From the NCBI RefSeq assembly GCF_009914755.1, contig NC_060928.1: a DNA stretch of 64,000 bases; one strand, 5' to 3'. The position numbers and the translations under genes were made by a program. Source of the stretch: the human T2T-CHM13v2.0 reference genome, Homo sapiens. The notes beneath the pieces were generated by a model. That model made no database searches and was not told where the DNA came from. It worked only from the letters and a program-made list of their open reading frames with translations. Below, piece after piece: positions 45,401-62,779 of this stretch (its first letter is position 1; each line of letters begins with the position of its first letter).

Positions 45401-46080
45401 ACATGTTTATTTTACTAATAGTTCTTACACTAAAAAATGAAATCTTTGAATTGGAAGAACAGCTGTAGATAGTTCACCCAACTTCCTCAATGTACTGAGG
45501 AGAAACTGAGGCTCAGGGAACTGGAAAGACTGAAGCAAGGGCCCAGCCCACTCACCTCTCCCGTCTGCACAGCCCAAAGACTGGCCAGAGGGTTCTGCAC
45601 ACAGGACAATAACCAGTCACATTCCAATATCCAAAATAACTGTCTGCATTTTATCTCATCTGAGCCTCACAATCTAATCATCATTGAGATATTACAGACG
45701 GTAGGAATCAAATGAACAGAGGTGATGTGGCTGCCCCAAGGCAGCAAGCTAACAAGAGCCATATCTACACGTGAACCACCTCCTCTGTTCGACACCCCAG
45801 CCCCGACACCTGCTGCCCTGTTCTGGACAGAATGGCGAGGTCACCAAACACAGACTGGCATCAAGGACACAGGAATAAATCACTGAATTCCAGAAGAAAA
45901 AATCTTCCCCAAACACCGACACCAAACAAAAGATCTGACCACGGAATTTAGCATTCCCAAAGTGACGGCAAAATTACCTGGAGGCGTTTCTGCATATATT
46001 TTATACATTAGAAAAGCAAAACTCCCTTCTTCCTAGCAAAAGGCCTCTTTGGACTAATTAATTATCTCTGCTTGCTTGCT

Positions 46081-46345
46081 TTTTTTTTTTTTTTTTTGTG
46101 AGACAGGGTCTCTCTCTGTTGCCCAGGCTGGAGTGCAGTGATGCGATCACATATCACACCTCACACTCCCAAACAGCTGGGACTGCAGGCACGCACCACG
46201 ACGCCCAACTAATTTTTTAAATTTTTTGAAGAGACAGGGTCTCACTATTTGCCAGACTGGTCTTGAACTCCTGGGCTAAATTGATCGGCCTGCCTCGGCC
46301 TCCCAAAGTGCTGGGATTCCAGACATGCGCCCCGCCGCCCAGCCT
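46081..46345 (-). mobile_element. Alu (AluJ-like, internally deleted)
   Basis: Reverse Alu. Confidence 0.88.
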
Positions 46346-46627
46346 TTCTGCTTTCTTTCACTCAAGTGGTATATCCCACAGCCCTAAAGAAGCAAGGGAA
46401 ATAAGAATTAGAACTAGACATCCCAGGAGACAAAGAATTCAACAAAGCAAACACACTTCCTGCTTAACCAATCCCTTCACTATTTACAGAAAATCTCTCT
46501 GGCTCAGGCCGGGCAGTGAGTTCATTTATTTCAACAAAATCAAAGAAATGACTTATGGTTTGTGGGAACCAAAACTACTTTAAAGGCATTTTCTTTATTT
46601 ACCTTCATGACTCAATCATGGATTTGA

Positions 46628-46958
<331 letters not shown>

Positions 46959-47881
46959 CAAATGCCTTTATTTCACAAGTGTGGTAACTGAGGCCCAGAG
47001 AAGAAAGGCGGCCTGGAGTCACAAAGCATTGGTAAAGGGGTGAGAGCCGGGAACGGGGTGACCAGACCGCCAGTCAAAGCGTTCCTTGCTGTGCACGGAA
47101 CTGTCTTCCTCACACAGGAACTCCAAGACTGAGGAGGCTAAAGCATTGTCTGTCTCCGCTCTCCTACAAACCTGAGAAAGAAATGTCTACTGTTACTGGC
47201 TCTGAGAAAACACTATGAACTACCCATCACTTCCTGCTGCATCTGAGAAACACGGGGAAAGTTGCCACGGGCGACAGGCTCTGCAGAGGCTGCCACATCC
47301 ATATTCCCCACAGGCTTCACACTTTACTGATGTGCAAAACACCTATTGCTATTTGCATCCTGAATTACACTCAAGGGCCTTGCTACAACCAACACAGTTG
47401 CTGGTGGCCTTTTGATTTCCTTTCTATTTTTATCTGTGATCCTTCCCATATGGTTCTTCCCTTCAAATTTCTAACCCGCTATAGAAACTCCCAGGACCTA
47501 GACCCAGGCAACTCCCCATTATCTAATCTAAATTGGGGGGTGGGAACAGTATGTGCATTTTCCCAATTTTCCTGCTCCCTCTGTACGTCCCCGCTCCCCT
47601 GTCTAGTCTACACCACTCATCCCCCAGCATTCCAACCTGCTGGCCCTCATGGGGTGACCCTCTGATAGCACCCGCCACTTGAGTCAAGGCTACCTCTCCT
47701 GCCAGGCACCCCCACATGGCATCACCTCCCTGACCTCTCCTCACCCCTCTGAATTCTGCCAATGCCAATGAGCACAGCTCACATCCCACCTCTTGGTGAA
47801 GCCGTCCCTGATCATTCTATCCCTGCCAATGCCACTCATTTGGCCCTCATCCTCCACTGCTCCTTAGAAACCCGGACTCTG

Positions 47882-48185
47882 GGCCAGGCGCGGTGGCTCC
47901 CACCTGTAATCCCAACACTTTGGGAGGCCAAGGTGGGCAGATCACCTGAGGTCAGGAGTTCGAGATTAGCCTGGCTAAGATGGCGAAACTCCATCTCTAC
48001 TAAAAATACAAAAATTAGCCGGGCATGGTGGCACACGCCTGTAGTCCCAGCTACTCAGGAGACCAAGGCAGGAGAATCACTTGAATCCGGGTGGTGGATT
48101 GCAGTGTGCCAAGATCACGCCACTGCACTTCAGCCTGGGCGACAGAGTGAGACTCCATCTCAAAAAAAAAAAAGAAAAAGTAAAA
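47882..48185 (+). mobile_element. Alu (AluSx-like)
   Basis: TSD agaaacc(c/t)ggactct. Confidence 0.94.
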
Positions 48186-48960
48186 GAAACCTGGACTCTG
48201 TCACCACATAAACCTGGATCCACATCCCAGCTGATTCTTCCTAGTTGTGTGACCTTGGGTAAGTAGCCCCCCCAAATTATCTCATCCTTAAAGCGAGATG
48301 GATATTATATATCTCAGCATCATCATGAGGATTAAATGAGCTAACACACATGCACAGCCAAGCATTTCATCAGTGGTAACTACAACCGTCATTATTAGCA
48401 CATGTTCATCTTGTTGGAACTTCACTTTAAGACACGGGATCCATGAATGCAGTCAATGAACACGACCCCATACCTCCTGTCCTCTAAAACTATGAAGTCC
48501 TAAAGTAAGTACCACACCCTCCACAAGAAAAGTCATGACACACTCCTCTGTGCAACTCTATGCAGATACGCTTGAAACTAGGTTAAATAGATAATTCATT
48601 TCATAAGAAATTTCGTAAGAAAAAAATAATTTACCAGAATTACCCTCACAAAAAAACAAAAAACAAAAAAACACCAGACCCAGGTAGTTTTACAGGGGAA
48701 TTCTACCAAACCTTAAACACCAAGGCTACTGCATAAATTGTTCCAGAGGATAAAATACACAGAACATAACCAAATTCTTTTTTTTTTTTTGAAGCAAATA
48801 TAAATGTGATATCTAAACCGAATAGAGATAGCACAAAAAAGAAAACCAAAGACCACTTTTCCTTACATCAGTGCAAATATCCTAAATAAAATTTTAGCAA
48901 ACAGAAGCCTACACATTACTACCATGCCCTTACCAAATGAGATTCACTCTAGAAATGCAG

Positions 48961-49259
<299 letters not shown>

Positions 49260-49283
49260 TCAATATTAGAAAATCTACTAATA

Positions 49284-49589
49284 GGCCAGGCACAGTGACT
49301 CACACCTGTAATCCCAGCACTCTGGGAGGCCTAGTCAGGCAGATTGCTTGAGCCAGCGAGTTTGAGACCAGCCCAGACAACATGGTAAAACCCCATCTCT
49401 ATAAAAAATACAAAAATTAGCCAGATGTGATGGCACACACCTGTAGTCTCAGCTACTTAGGAGGCTGAGGCAGGAGGATCACCTGAGCCCAGGGAGGTTG
49501 AGGTTACGGTGAGCCATAAGCGCATCACTGCACTCCAGCCTGGGCAACAGAGTGAAACCCTATCTCAAAAAAAAAAAAAAAAAAAAAAG
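49284..49589 (+). mobile_element. Alu (AluJ-like)
   Basis: Alu consensus with poly-A. Confidence 0.92.
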
Positions 49590-50309
49590 AGGAGGAGGAG
49601 GAAAGACAGAAAGAAAATCTACTGATATATTCACCATATTATTATCTAATGAGAAGATAATGCAATTGTTCCACAGATCATGAAAAAGCCTTCAACAAAA
49701 TTTAATAATCATTCCTGATATTTTTAAGTCAATACACTTGGAATTGATAGGCACTTAACTTGATAAAATACATGTACTAAGATTAAAACACCCACACCCA
49801 AAAAAACAGCATCTTATTTAATGAGGAAACACTTCAAGAATTCCCAGTAGGGTCAGAAACAAGTCAAAGAGGCCCATTTCCCCCACTACTTTTTAACACT
49901 GTAGGAGAAGTGTTAGTCAAAGCAATAAGAAAAGAGAAAACAATCAGAAACTTAAAAAAAATTATTTCTATTGGCAGCTGATGTGAAAGTAAACCTGGTA
50001 AAGCAGGAGACGTGAAAACTGTAGCTTTCTGCATGCTTATTTTATATCAAACAATAAATAGCTAGAAGATATCATGGAATATCAGCACCCATTTATAAAA
50101 CAATAAAAAAGTAAACTACTTTAAATAATTTAGCAAGAAATGCGCAAAACTTACATAGGGAAAACTTAAAACTTGATTGAAAGATGAAGAAGTAAATGTG
50201 AACAAATGGAAAGATGTCCCCTTGCCTTTGGATAGGACAACTTAACATCAAAAAGATGTCAATTCTCCCCAAGTTAACAAATATATTTCGAGCAATAGCA
50301 ATAATACAC

Positions 50310-50714
50310 TGAAATCATTTGGATGTCCCCTCCAAATCTCATGTTGAGATGTAATCCCCAGTGTTGGGGATGGGGCCTGGCTGGTGGGAGGTGTTGGGTC
50401 ACGGGGGTGGATCCCTCATGGCTTGGTGCTGTCCTTGCAATAGTGAGTGAGTCCCACTCAGGAAAAGTGGTTGTTTAAGTGTGGGGCAACTCCCCCACTC
50501 CCTCTCTTGCTCCTGCTCTGTCATGTGAGACACCTGCTCCCCCCTTCACCTTCCACCATGACTGGAAACTTCCTGAGGCCTTCCCAAAAGCGGAGCAAAT
50601 GTCGGCACCATGCTTGTAAAGCCTGCAGAACTATGAGCCAATTAAATCTCTTTTCTTTAGAAATTACCCAAGTTCAGGTATTTCTTTATAGCAATGCAAG
50701 ATAGGCCTAACCCG
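50310..50714 (+). mobile_element. MaLR solo LTR (MST-like)
   Basis: ccaaatctcatgttgagatgtaatccccagtgttgg...aattacccaagttcaggtatttctttatagcaatgcaa. Confidence 0.85.
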
Positions 50715-53700
50715 TATATCAACAAATTTTGTTTTGTTTTGTTTCTGGAACTAAACAAATTGATTCTAAATTTCATATGGAAAAAATAAGAATGCAGAGA
50801 TGTCTAAGAACAATGAAGAGAGAATAGCCAGCCCTGCCAACTATTTAAAAATAATAAAGGCTCATCATTAAAACCATTTGATACTAACATATTTAAATTC
50901 CCAGTCGGATCCATAGAACAGAATAAAAAGTCCAGTAATAGACCCAAATACACACAGAAATATAAGAAAAATTGTCACCTTAATAACTGGGGTTGGGACA
51001 ACTGGTAACTATTTGGGAAAAAGAAAAGATGAAACTCCTTACCTTACGTACACCAGAAAAACTCTAAAGATACTTGAAAACCCAAACAGAAAAAAATGAA
51101 ACAACTCAAGTTCTAGAAGAAACAGATGAATTCTTTTATAACCTGGGTGTGGAAAAAGATTTTCTAATTCTGACTCAAAATCAGACGTAAAAAGAAAAGA
51201 CTGATCAATGTGCCTACAAAAAGTATGAGCTCCTGGAGAATGACAAACATGGATTACGGACTCCTATCCCCTGCCCTGCCTAGCAGTGAACTCATACACA
51301 CGGTGCATTCCCTAAACTTCTTGGCCCACCACACCTCTGTGCTTTATGCTGACTCTCTGCAGAGGAGAGGCTGGGTCAATGGTTACACCTTTCTTTGACA
51401 AAGGCAGGACGCTGGAGAACTGTTTCACAAAAGCTCATCTCATCGCTCTCTAGATTTCAGGCTCCAATTAAGAAACAGTTCCCAAACCATGACCAACCTG
51501 CTTTTCAGAAAAATCACCCTGGTTTGCTACACTCTTCTCAGTGACTTCTCCGGATCCTGTATAAAAATCTTAATTAACCTGGACTGTGCTTATTTTCTAG
51601 ATTGTCTCTTTCCACTCTGCTTATGTGTCACACTTCAGGCCTTCTCAATCCCTCAGTTTCCCACAAATATCACGCCTGCTTCTGCCCCAGGCCTCTGCAC
51701 GTGCCACTGCTCTCTGCCCGGTATGCTTAACCCTGTGTGTCCCTGCGTCGTCCCACACACACATCACTACCACACCTTCCTTCACCTGGCTGTCTCACTG
51801 AGGTGCTACACTTCAAGACTCAGCTGCGTCTCCCCCGCCTCAGGCCGACCATCACCGCCTCTCTCCCGCTATGCTGTAATAACAGGCTAATTTGTCTGTC
51901 TCCTCCACTAGCCAGTAGACAGTTGGAAGACAGGGACCACTGTGTGACTTCTCTCTTTGCCCAGAATGTCAAGCACGATGCCTGATGTGGAAACAAGAAC
52001 ATGACACTCAGTATATGTTTGTTGAATTAATTCACTTTTATGTTTCCAGTTCTCCATAATAGACAACATTCCTGAGATCTGCTTCAAAGAGAAAATTGCA
52101 GAGAAAGATGCCATGGCTTGTCCTCTCATACTTAGTAACCATGTCTTTTGTGATAGTCTCAGAACATACAAAAATTCGTGGTGAAAGACTAATTCTGATG
52201 AATTCCTTTTCTCGAGCAAGTTGATCACCACCTGTTCAGGGTCCTCTCTGTGTGAGAATACTCGGTGTTCCAAAGGGTATCAGAACTCGAGTGGCACTGA
52301 AGCAAAGGAGCTGTGTTCGAGCATGGTCCTTGCATATTTTCCCTTATAGGGTTACAGCTCAGACTCTCCATGCAGACTCTTCCAATTATTTCCACAGGCC
52401 TCCGCAGATCATCCAAATGCGCTGCTTAAAGGTAGATCTAAGAAATCTCAGAAAAAGCAGCATAGCTTTAGGCACTGTCTGGTTGGAAAGCTTCCCTCAG
52501 CTGGACTGCATCTAAAATTCTTTTTGATGACCATTATTTGAACGACTGGATGATTTTGAATACAAGTCATTAAACTTCTTTGATTCCCAGTTCCGTAATG
52601 TATAATGTGGGGATAATAACAGTTATGTGCCTACCAAGGCTGCAATGAACGTCTAAGGACTGCTGTAAATAAAAACCTCTGGCTTTGGGGACACTCAATT
52701 TACAGTAGTTTAATTTGCACCTAAAAAGGGAAAGCAAATCAAATCTATTTATAGCTCTCCAGTGTCTCAACAGAACCTATGACAATCGCTGTGCAGTTTC
52801 AACTCTGAAAGTGGGATCTTTAAAAGATTTCTCAATATCCCAAAGGAAAGCCTGTGTTTATAAAAGGGATCTGTGCATGTGTGTATATTCTAGGTCCTGG
52901 GAATGTTCCTTTCTGAATTCTAAGGAGCCAGCAAGGAGTCTTCAAAGGAACTGGTGTAAACTCCACAGAACACTTTACTTCGGGAAATTAGCCTGACCCT
53001 TAAAAGTCAGATTAATTAATGGATGGACATACAAGCCCTGATGGAAAATATCCTTCTATTGTTCTGTAGAAGGCAAAAAACAGGACCTAGATCTGGGTAT
53101 GTTTTTTGCTTATCATAATAATATACAGAACGTGATAATGGGTTACAGAAGCCAGACCTCCTGATGCCTAGGCTGGGAGAAGGTTATTGACATAAACCAG
53201 GCTGGTTGCTAACAAAAGCTTTAAATATGATATCGAAAGCACAGTGTTTCCCTTCCATTTACAGAAGGTCAATTTAGTTCAGTAACAAGTTATTAAACAC
53301 TATGTTCACAACACTGAACTCAGAATTTAAAGACAAGTGAGATGTTACCCCTGACATCCAAGGGCTCACAACCTAGAACAGCAGACACATACCTGGACTC
53401 ACAGAACCCTTATTCTAGGAAAGGAAGAATCACAAAAGGTTTCTAGAAAAAATGGCATTGATGGATCTCCACTTTTGTAAAGACCCTTCCAGAGGCAGCT
53501 TTAAAGATGAACTGGTGGAGTGGGAGACTGGAGTAGGAAGGGGCACACCAGTCAAGAGAGGGCAAAGAATGATAGGAACAGGAGAATGGAAAGAGGAAAT
53601 GCAAATTTACACTCTATTTATTGTCACATATTTTGAACATTCACTAAAAACAAGAACAATTAAGTCACTGCAAAATATTTGGGTATCTAAGTGTGGGGTA

Positions 53701-54205
53701 CCCAATAATAAGCAAAGCAAACGTGATCCCAAGTTAGAGACAAGCAGTACGCAAATAAATATAAACACACAGAAATGACGATGGGTGTTACAGGAAAATG
53801 CATCTAACCAACAATTTTATGTCAAATTTTCAAAATCTCTGATTTTCTACTCTGACAAATCAATTAAGCTAAAATAAATCAAAGTTGGAACAAAGCCACC
53901 AATATAATGTTAAAAAGTATTCAAATGTAAAACCAATTGAGCCAAAAATAGCATAATGATGTAACCATTTGGAATGAGCATTTATGAGGCTTTAAATCAT
54001 TTTTATATTACTATTTTAAGGATCAGCACTGCCAGCACTGCAAACTTAAACTCAGAATATTCACGTACGCATATACTCTTACTGGGCAACACATGGTTTC
54101 AGTATTTTCTTAGACACAAAGGAGGAATTTGTCTTTCTTCTGGCTTAGTACGATTATGCTATTATAGTTTTTTAAATTGTCATACTATTTGTTTTTATTT
54201 CATAA

Positions 54206-54589
<384 letters not shown>

Positions 54590-55087
54590 TAGAAAAACAA
54601 GTTATTTAATCTACAGAAAGGACATTATGATTCACCTAAACGCACCAAAACACAAAGTGTCTTAACTGCTCTTCCTTCCCCAGCAACTCTCCTCACCCCT
54701 TCTGTTATAAATACACTTCCACCTGCTCTGAATGTGTGGCTAGGAGGCTACCCACCAATAAATTCTGAACTCCTCCTATTACAAGGATCAGTAAGGAGAG
54801 AGGGGACATGGGTCACACAGGTACAGACATTAATATGACCATAAGGAAATATTATGAATAGCTTTATGCCCACAAATTCAAAAACATGGATGAAATGGGC
54901 AAATTCCTTAAAAGATGCAAACTTTCAGAAACGGAAAAGAATAAACAGACTATCTGAACAGCTCTATATTAAAGAAAACTCCAGCCCCAGGCAGCTTCAC
55001 TAGTGAATTCTAGCAAATATTTCAGGAGAGGTAATACAATTTTCTACAAACTCTTGCAGAAAATTAAAGGGAAGGGCCAGCAAATAA

Positions 55088-55471
<384 letters not shown>

Positions 55472-55666
55472 ATTAACAAAATTTTTAGCAAATTAAATTA
55501 AATAATATCCAAAAAGGATAACACATTAAGACCAAATGGAGTTTACCCTTGGAATTCAAGGTTGGTTTAACACTGGAAAATCATTAAGTATAATTCACCA
55601 TATTAGCAGATACTAAAATGAGGAATACAGGGGGGTTGTTTTCTAGTAAATCTAATAAAAGGCATC

Positions 55667-55977
<311 letters not shown>

Positions 55978-58147
55978 TCATATTCTTTATCTCACTTTAC
56001 GATTAAAACTCATCAAACTATTCTTTAAACATGTGAGGTTTATTGTACATCAACTGTACCTCAATGAAGCGTTTTTTTTTTTTTTAAAAAAAGAACAATT
56101 GAAAAATGAAAGAAAAGGAAAAAAGCAACCTAGTACCACTTCCAATAGTATTAAAATATGTTAAATATATTAGGATAAATTTAACAAAGTATGTAAACAA
56201 TCTATAAACTGACAACTATGAGATGCTGTTAAGAAAACACCAGTCTATGTCTGGTGGGAGGACCATAAATAAAAAGAGAGATACTATATTTAGAAGAATC
56301 CCTACTGCTAAAATAATAACTCTGCCCCAAATCCATCTATAGATGCAACACAATCTCAATCAAGATCCCAGGAGCAATTTTTGTTAAAAAAAAAAAAAAA
56401 AAAAAGAAGCCAATTCTAAAATAGACAAAAACAAAAAGAACAAAGAACTAGAACACAAATTGGCCAAACGAGGTGGAGAAAAAAAGAACAATGTTGGAAC
56501 ACTTCTATTACCTAGCTTCAAGGCTTACAATAAAGCTACAATTATCAATACAGTGTGGTATTGGTGTTAGGATAGATTGGTGAACAAAGTCCAGAAATTC
56601 ACCCACACATAAACGGTCAACTGACTTTTGACAAAGATGCCAAGATAATGCAATGGGGAAAAAAAACAGTCCTTGGAACAAATGCTGCTGAACAACTGGA
56701 TGTCAGTATGGGGAAAACTAAACTCTACTCCTTACGTCGTACCAAATACAAGAATTACCTTAAATAGATCAGACCTAAACATAAAAGATAAAACTATAAG
56801 ACGTCTCAATGAAAACATAGGCAAAAATATTTATGACTCTGGAGATAGGCTGAGATTTCTTACAGCAGAAGTACTAATATATAAGAAAAAAATAAATTGA
56901 ACTTTTTAATCTTTAAGAAAATCAGAAGAAAATATCTGCAATACACATTTCATGACACAGCACTTGTAACAACACACTGAATACCAAAAACACATGAAGA
57001 CAAACAACCTAATAAAAAATGGGCAAAGTGGTTACAGACATTTCAGGAATGGCCAATAAGCACATAAAAATATGCTAATATCATGAGTCATCAGGTTAAT
57101 GCAAATTAAAATCACAATGAGATGCCCTGATACATCCACCAGAATGATTAAAATTCAAATGACTCATCATATCAAGCCTTAGCAAAACAGGAGAGCAACT
57201 AGAATCCTCCCACTTTCCCGGTGGGAAGGCAGAGTTTGGCAGTTTTTTGTAAATTTAAATGTACACGTACCATGAGATCCAGTAATGCCACTCCTGGCTA
57301 TTTACCTAAGAGACATTACTGCATGTGTCTACATAAAAACAATGGCAGCTTTCTTCATAACAGCCCAAAACTGAGCACAGCCTAAGCAGCCACTAATAAG
57401 CATGTGGATAAACAGATTGCAATATGTTCACACAATGGAATCTTTTTCAGCAAGAAAAATAAATTACCAAAAAAAAAAATAAATAAACTACTCACACACA
57501 TAACTCAGATTAATCTCAAGAAAAGCCATGCAAAAGAAGCTAACACAAGCCCAAAAGGCATGCTATCTGACTCTGTTTTGGTGAAATTCTAGAACTGGCA
57601 AAGGAATCTGCAGGGCCAGGAAGCAGATGAGCGGTTGCCCGGGTCTGTGTCCTGGGAGAGGACTGACAGCAGGGGCTGTGAGTGAATTCAGGGTGGAGAA
57701 TGTTCTCCGTCTTCACGGACTAGGATTCTGTGGGCTGAAGAAGCACATCCGAGGTAGAGAACCAAGGACCAGAGAGAAAACCTAACTGGTCAAGGTCACG
57801 TAAAATTCAACAGGAAACACTATATATTCTAACTGATAATACTAGATCTAGGTAAATAGAACTTTAAGAGATTTTGCTACACAACAGCATTAAACTTAGG
57901 TAATAATAGCATCAGACTGGCTGAGCATATTAAGAGCTAATTCTGTTTTTCATAAGGAAGACAGCAGAATTCCTAATCACAGGCTCTAATGAATTGTATT
58001 CTCTTCATTATCATAAAGCTGTGTTACATCTTGATATTCATGAGTGAGTCTTCTAATCCAAAGGAAGGAATAAAAAACAAAGGGGAAAGAAAAGGAAGGT
58101 TGAACTTATAAATATGGTCTCATTAAAAAAAAAAAAAAAAAAAAAAA

Positions 58148-58458
58148 GGCCGGGCGTGGTGGCTTACACCTATAATCCCAGCACTTTGGGATGCCAAGGC
58201 GGGTGGATCACCTGGGGTCAGGAGTTCACAAGACCAGCGTGGCCAACATGGTGAAACCCCATCTCTACTAAAAATACAAAATAAATTAGCTGGGTGTGGT
58301 GGTAGGCACTTGTAATCCCAGCTACTCAGGATGCTGAGGCAGGAGAATGGCTTGAACCCGGGAAGCGGAGGTTGCAGTAAGCCAAGAAGGTGCCATTGCA
58401 CTCCAGCCTGGGCAGCAAGAACAAAATTCCGACTCAAAAAAAGAAAAAAAAGAAAAAA
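58148..58458 (+). mobile_element. Alu (AluS-like) preceded by a poly-A run
   Basis: Alu consensus. Confidence 0.92.
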
Positions 58459-59679
58459 GCAAACTATGTTCACTTTATGGGTGAAGTAAATGAAGTTTAG
58501 AGAGGTGAAGAGCCCACAGGCTAGGAAGGTCAGGAGCAAATTTCTCCTAAATCACTGCAGGGATGGGCAAATTTCAGTAGGGGACAAAAGAGGCTCCGGC
58601 ACCATTTCTAAGTACAGAAGCATCACTTAAGAACTACACAGGCCTCTCGACATGGAATGAAAGATGACCCGGCCAGCTGCCAACTGCCCCATCAGAACAT
58701 CTAAGGCTCTGCAGATGTCCAGAGTGACAGATGGGCTCCTGACCACAGGGACAGCAGGCTCTGCAGAGGAGCAGTGGGAGGTTCCAGACTGAGAGAGCAG
58801 TTCACAGACCTCTGCATTCCCCAAGGAGACACTGGGGGAGGGGCAGCCCACAGAAACGGGGAGGTGGGAATCATTGGACCTGCATGCTGCCAGCTGTGAG
58901 ATGCCACATGTCCAGCAACTAAGAGAACAGACATTCCCCATTCACCTCCATCTTTTTGCACTTGAACTTGATTATATGCATCTCTCAGCCATGATTTAAA
59001 TAAAAAGCTGACCCTGATTAACACGGGATCTGGTGGGTAGAGTGGAGACAGCAGCTTCCAGGGTGCCTAGAACACGAACCCCCAAGACTCAGCCTTTCCC
59101 ACCGAACAAACCACCATCATTGGTAACACCCCAAACTATTCCATGACGCATTTGAGACTGCACCCTGACCTCAGCCAGCTGGGATGAAATTGCAGCCCAT
59201 GAGTCAAACGTGGGATGTGGTGGGGGAGCAGCGGGGTGGGGGATCCTATAGGAAAAAGGCGGATGAAAATACCCTCCTTGAGATGGCAGAGGGCAGACGG
59301 AGAAAAAGACCATCAAGAGAACATCAAAACACACAACCAGAAAAAGATAAACTGGAGCATTTCAACCATAAGAACTTGAACTCTTACCTCTCAGTATATC
59401 TCATAACATATATGAGAAAATGAAGAAGACACAAAGACTGAAATCAAGGGATTTTTACCAGCCCCGGTGCCGGGGGGGCAGAAACCACCCCGTTTCTCCT
59501 GGTCTCTTCTAACTGGTCTATGGCTTTTTACACTATTCCAGATCAGTGGCTAGCAACATCCCCTTTCCATCAGGAAAATCATGTTGAATCATGACTCTTG
59601 TAAGATGTCTAAAAAGACATAAAACTGCCTTCACGCTCTAAAGTTACATTACACTTTTAACGTAAAAAAGCTAAGGATT

Positions 59680-60206
<527 letters not shown>

Positions 60207-60544
60207 CCCTAAGCCACACTGACTTTGGTACACCAGGGCGAGGGTGTTTCCAGTGTAGAAGGGAACCAGCAATAATGCTCCTTAAGGAAATAATGCAAAC
60301 GCTGCCGCCTCCCTCGCCTCTACCCACAGCCTCAGCGAGCCCTGGAGGCTTCAACAGAGGCTGAGTTCAAATCACCAGCAAAGACCTCAAGAAGGGAGAC
60401 AGCACAGTAAGAACAATGCCCCCAAACGCTGCACTTGGCCTCTGGCTGACGTTCACACTGTCAAGTTCAAAAATATCTGAAATGACTTGGGAACAGTGGG
60501 GGTTAAATCTGTGCACAGGTTCACCCATGTCCTCAACCATCCAC

Positions 60545-60748
60545 AGCAGGGGAGACTGCAGCCCACACCTGGCCCAAAGCCTATTTTTGTCAATAATGTT
60601 TTATCGGAACACAGACACGTCCATTCATTTATGTATCACCTACAGCCGTGTTCACACTCCAACAGCAGGGATGAGTGTCGCAACAAGAGTCTAAAGCCTA
60701 CAATATGTACTCTCTGCTCTGTTACAGAAAAAGCTTGCTTACCTCTGT
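60545..60748. mobile_element. MER58A-like hAT MITE
   Basis: tttttgtcaataatgttttatcggaacacag...tacagaaaaagcttgcttacctctg. Confidence 0.75.
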
Positions 60749-62234
60749 TCTGGGTCTTTAGGGGACAAAACTCGAAAAAGGAAAACCTGAAGACAAAGGA
60801 TATGACGCTAACACAGAAGAAGCATTTAGCACAGAGGAGCGTGAATTCTGAGGCAGAAGAGACGTACATGTCAAGACAAGCCTGGTGACGGCGGCAACCC
60901 CGGGACTCTGTTAGCTATGAGAGGCCAGCCCGCTTTGTGAAGGGTGACCATGCTCCTTTCAGAATGCAGAATCAGGGAGACAGAGGGGGCCTGGTCCATC
61001 TGTGTCTGCCCCACCAACCACCATAACTGTGTTGGCTCCTTCTATACACCCACTTCACCACCCTTCTCTTCACCAGCCCTTCGCATCATGTGACCCACCG
61101 ATGAAGAGGTAGGTCTGAAATGAGGCTCTTGCGTTATCTGGCTGCCGTCATCTCTGGAAAGATGGGGGCCCTAGGTTCTGCTGCCAAAGAGGAAAAGCCT
61201 CGAGGGCTCCTGACAGGAGGCCTAGGATTGAAGCTCCAACCACGAGGGGAAGGAAGGGCCATGGGCTGATCTCCAGGGAGGGGGATGCTGGAAGGCCTGC
61301 TGTCTCTCTGCCCCTGGCTCCCCAGGCAGATGGCTCCGCCGCTATGCATGTGGGTACAGACGGAGGGGCAGGTGGCACCAGGCTCTGGGTAACATATGTC
61401 AGTGTGCTAATGGAAGCAAATTAAGAACATCGTTGGTCTCACACACCCGCTTCGCAGGGCTGGGGCTGCCACAGGGAATGGATGAAATCCAGACTCCAGG
61501 AGGATGTGATGATAGAACGATCTGGACACAGCGAATGAACACAGACTTCGGTGGTGGAGGGTTGAGGCTGGAACTCTGCTCCAGCACTTGCCAGGCATGG
61601 CCTTGAGTACAGTGCTGTGCTACCTCACCTCTAAAAACGAGGATCATCAGAGGCTTGTCGGTCAGTTCTTTAAATGTCATTATGTGAAGAATTTAAATTT
61701 AGCACAGTCCTTAGCTCGTAAGAAGTCTCCAATAAATTACTACGGTCATTATCAGTATAATTATTATCTGTTAAAGATTTTTTTAAAAAAAGCTCTTAAA
61801 GGATAATCTCCACTTTAAAGAGCGGTTATGAGGATTAACCAAAGATAATCTGTAACTTTGTCTACTCCCCAGCATAACACATAGTAAGTGCTCAAAATCT
61901 GTAGCTATTCCCCACCCCAAAGAAACCAAATCTGGCCTCCCTTACATGTTTCATGCAATGCCAATCAACTTTCCAAACAAGTCACTCGAGTTTTTTAAAA
62001 TAATGTCTCCAGAGTAGATACTATCATTTTACAGGTGAGAAAACTAACTCTCAGGACTCAAGGACAGAAACCTAATGAATGACAGAGCGAGCTCTGCTCA
62101 GTGAACAATAGCTGCCATCCAAAAATATCAGCGGTTTTAGGAATTAGCAGCTCAGTGATCTTTGCTTCAAAAAAGCAAAAAGACCACATTCACACTTTAC
62201 CACTTCTACATGGAAGTGTGTGTTCTTCAGAAAG

Positions 62235-62531
62235 TTTTTTTTTTTTTTTTTTTTTTTAAGACGGGAGTTTCACTCTTATGCCCAGGCTGGAGTGCAGTGG
62301 CGCGATCTTGGCTCACCACAACCTCTGTGCCTCCCACGTTGAAGCGATTCTCCTGCCTCAGCCTCCTGAGCAGCTGGTATTACAGGCATGTGCCACCACA
62401 CCCGGCTAATTTTTGTACTTTTAGTAGAGACTGGGTTTCTCCATGTTGGTCAGGCTGGTCTCGAACTCCCGACTTCAGGTGATCCGCCCGCCTCGGCCTC
62501 CCAAACTGGGATTACAGCCACCATGCCTGGC
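62235..62531 (-). mobile_element. Alu (AluSx-like)
   Basis: TSD tcagaaagt. Confidence 0.93.
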
Positions 62532-62779
62532 TCAGAAAGTATTTTTTATAGAACTAATCCAAATGGTCCAATTTCTATGGAGCAAATTTTCTTTGTAATG
62601 CCTAAAACACAGTATAACCCACCATTAAAAGAGGTTTTTTACATACACCTTTGGTTTTCCAGCTAAGGAATGTCAATCTGCTCCCCAGAATGAGGACTCA
62701 GAAGTTACAAGACAAACTAAATAATACTGAACACCGACATGACGAACCTCCTAAAATAAAGCAAGCACCTCCAACGAGG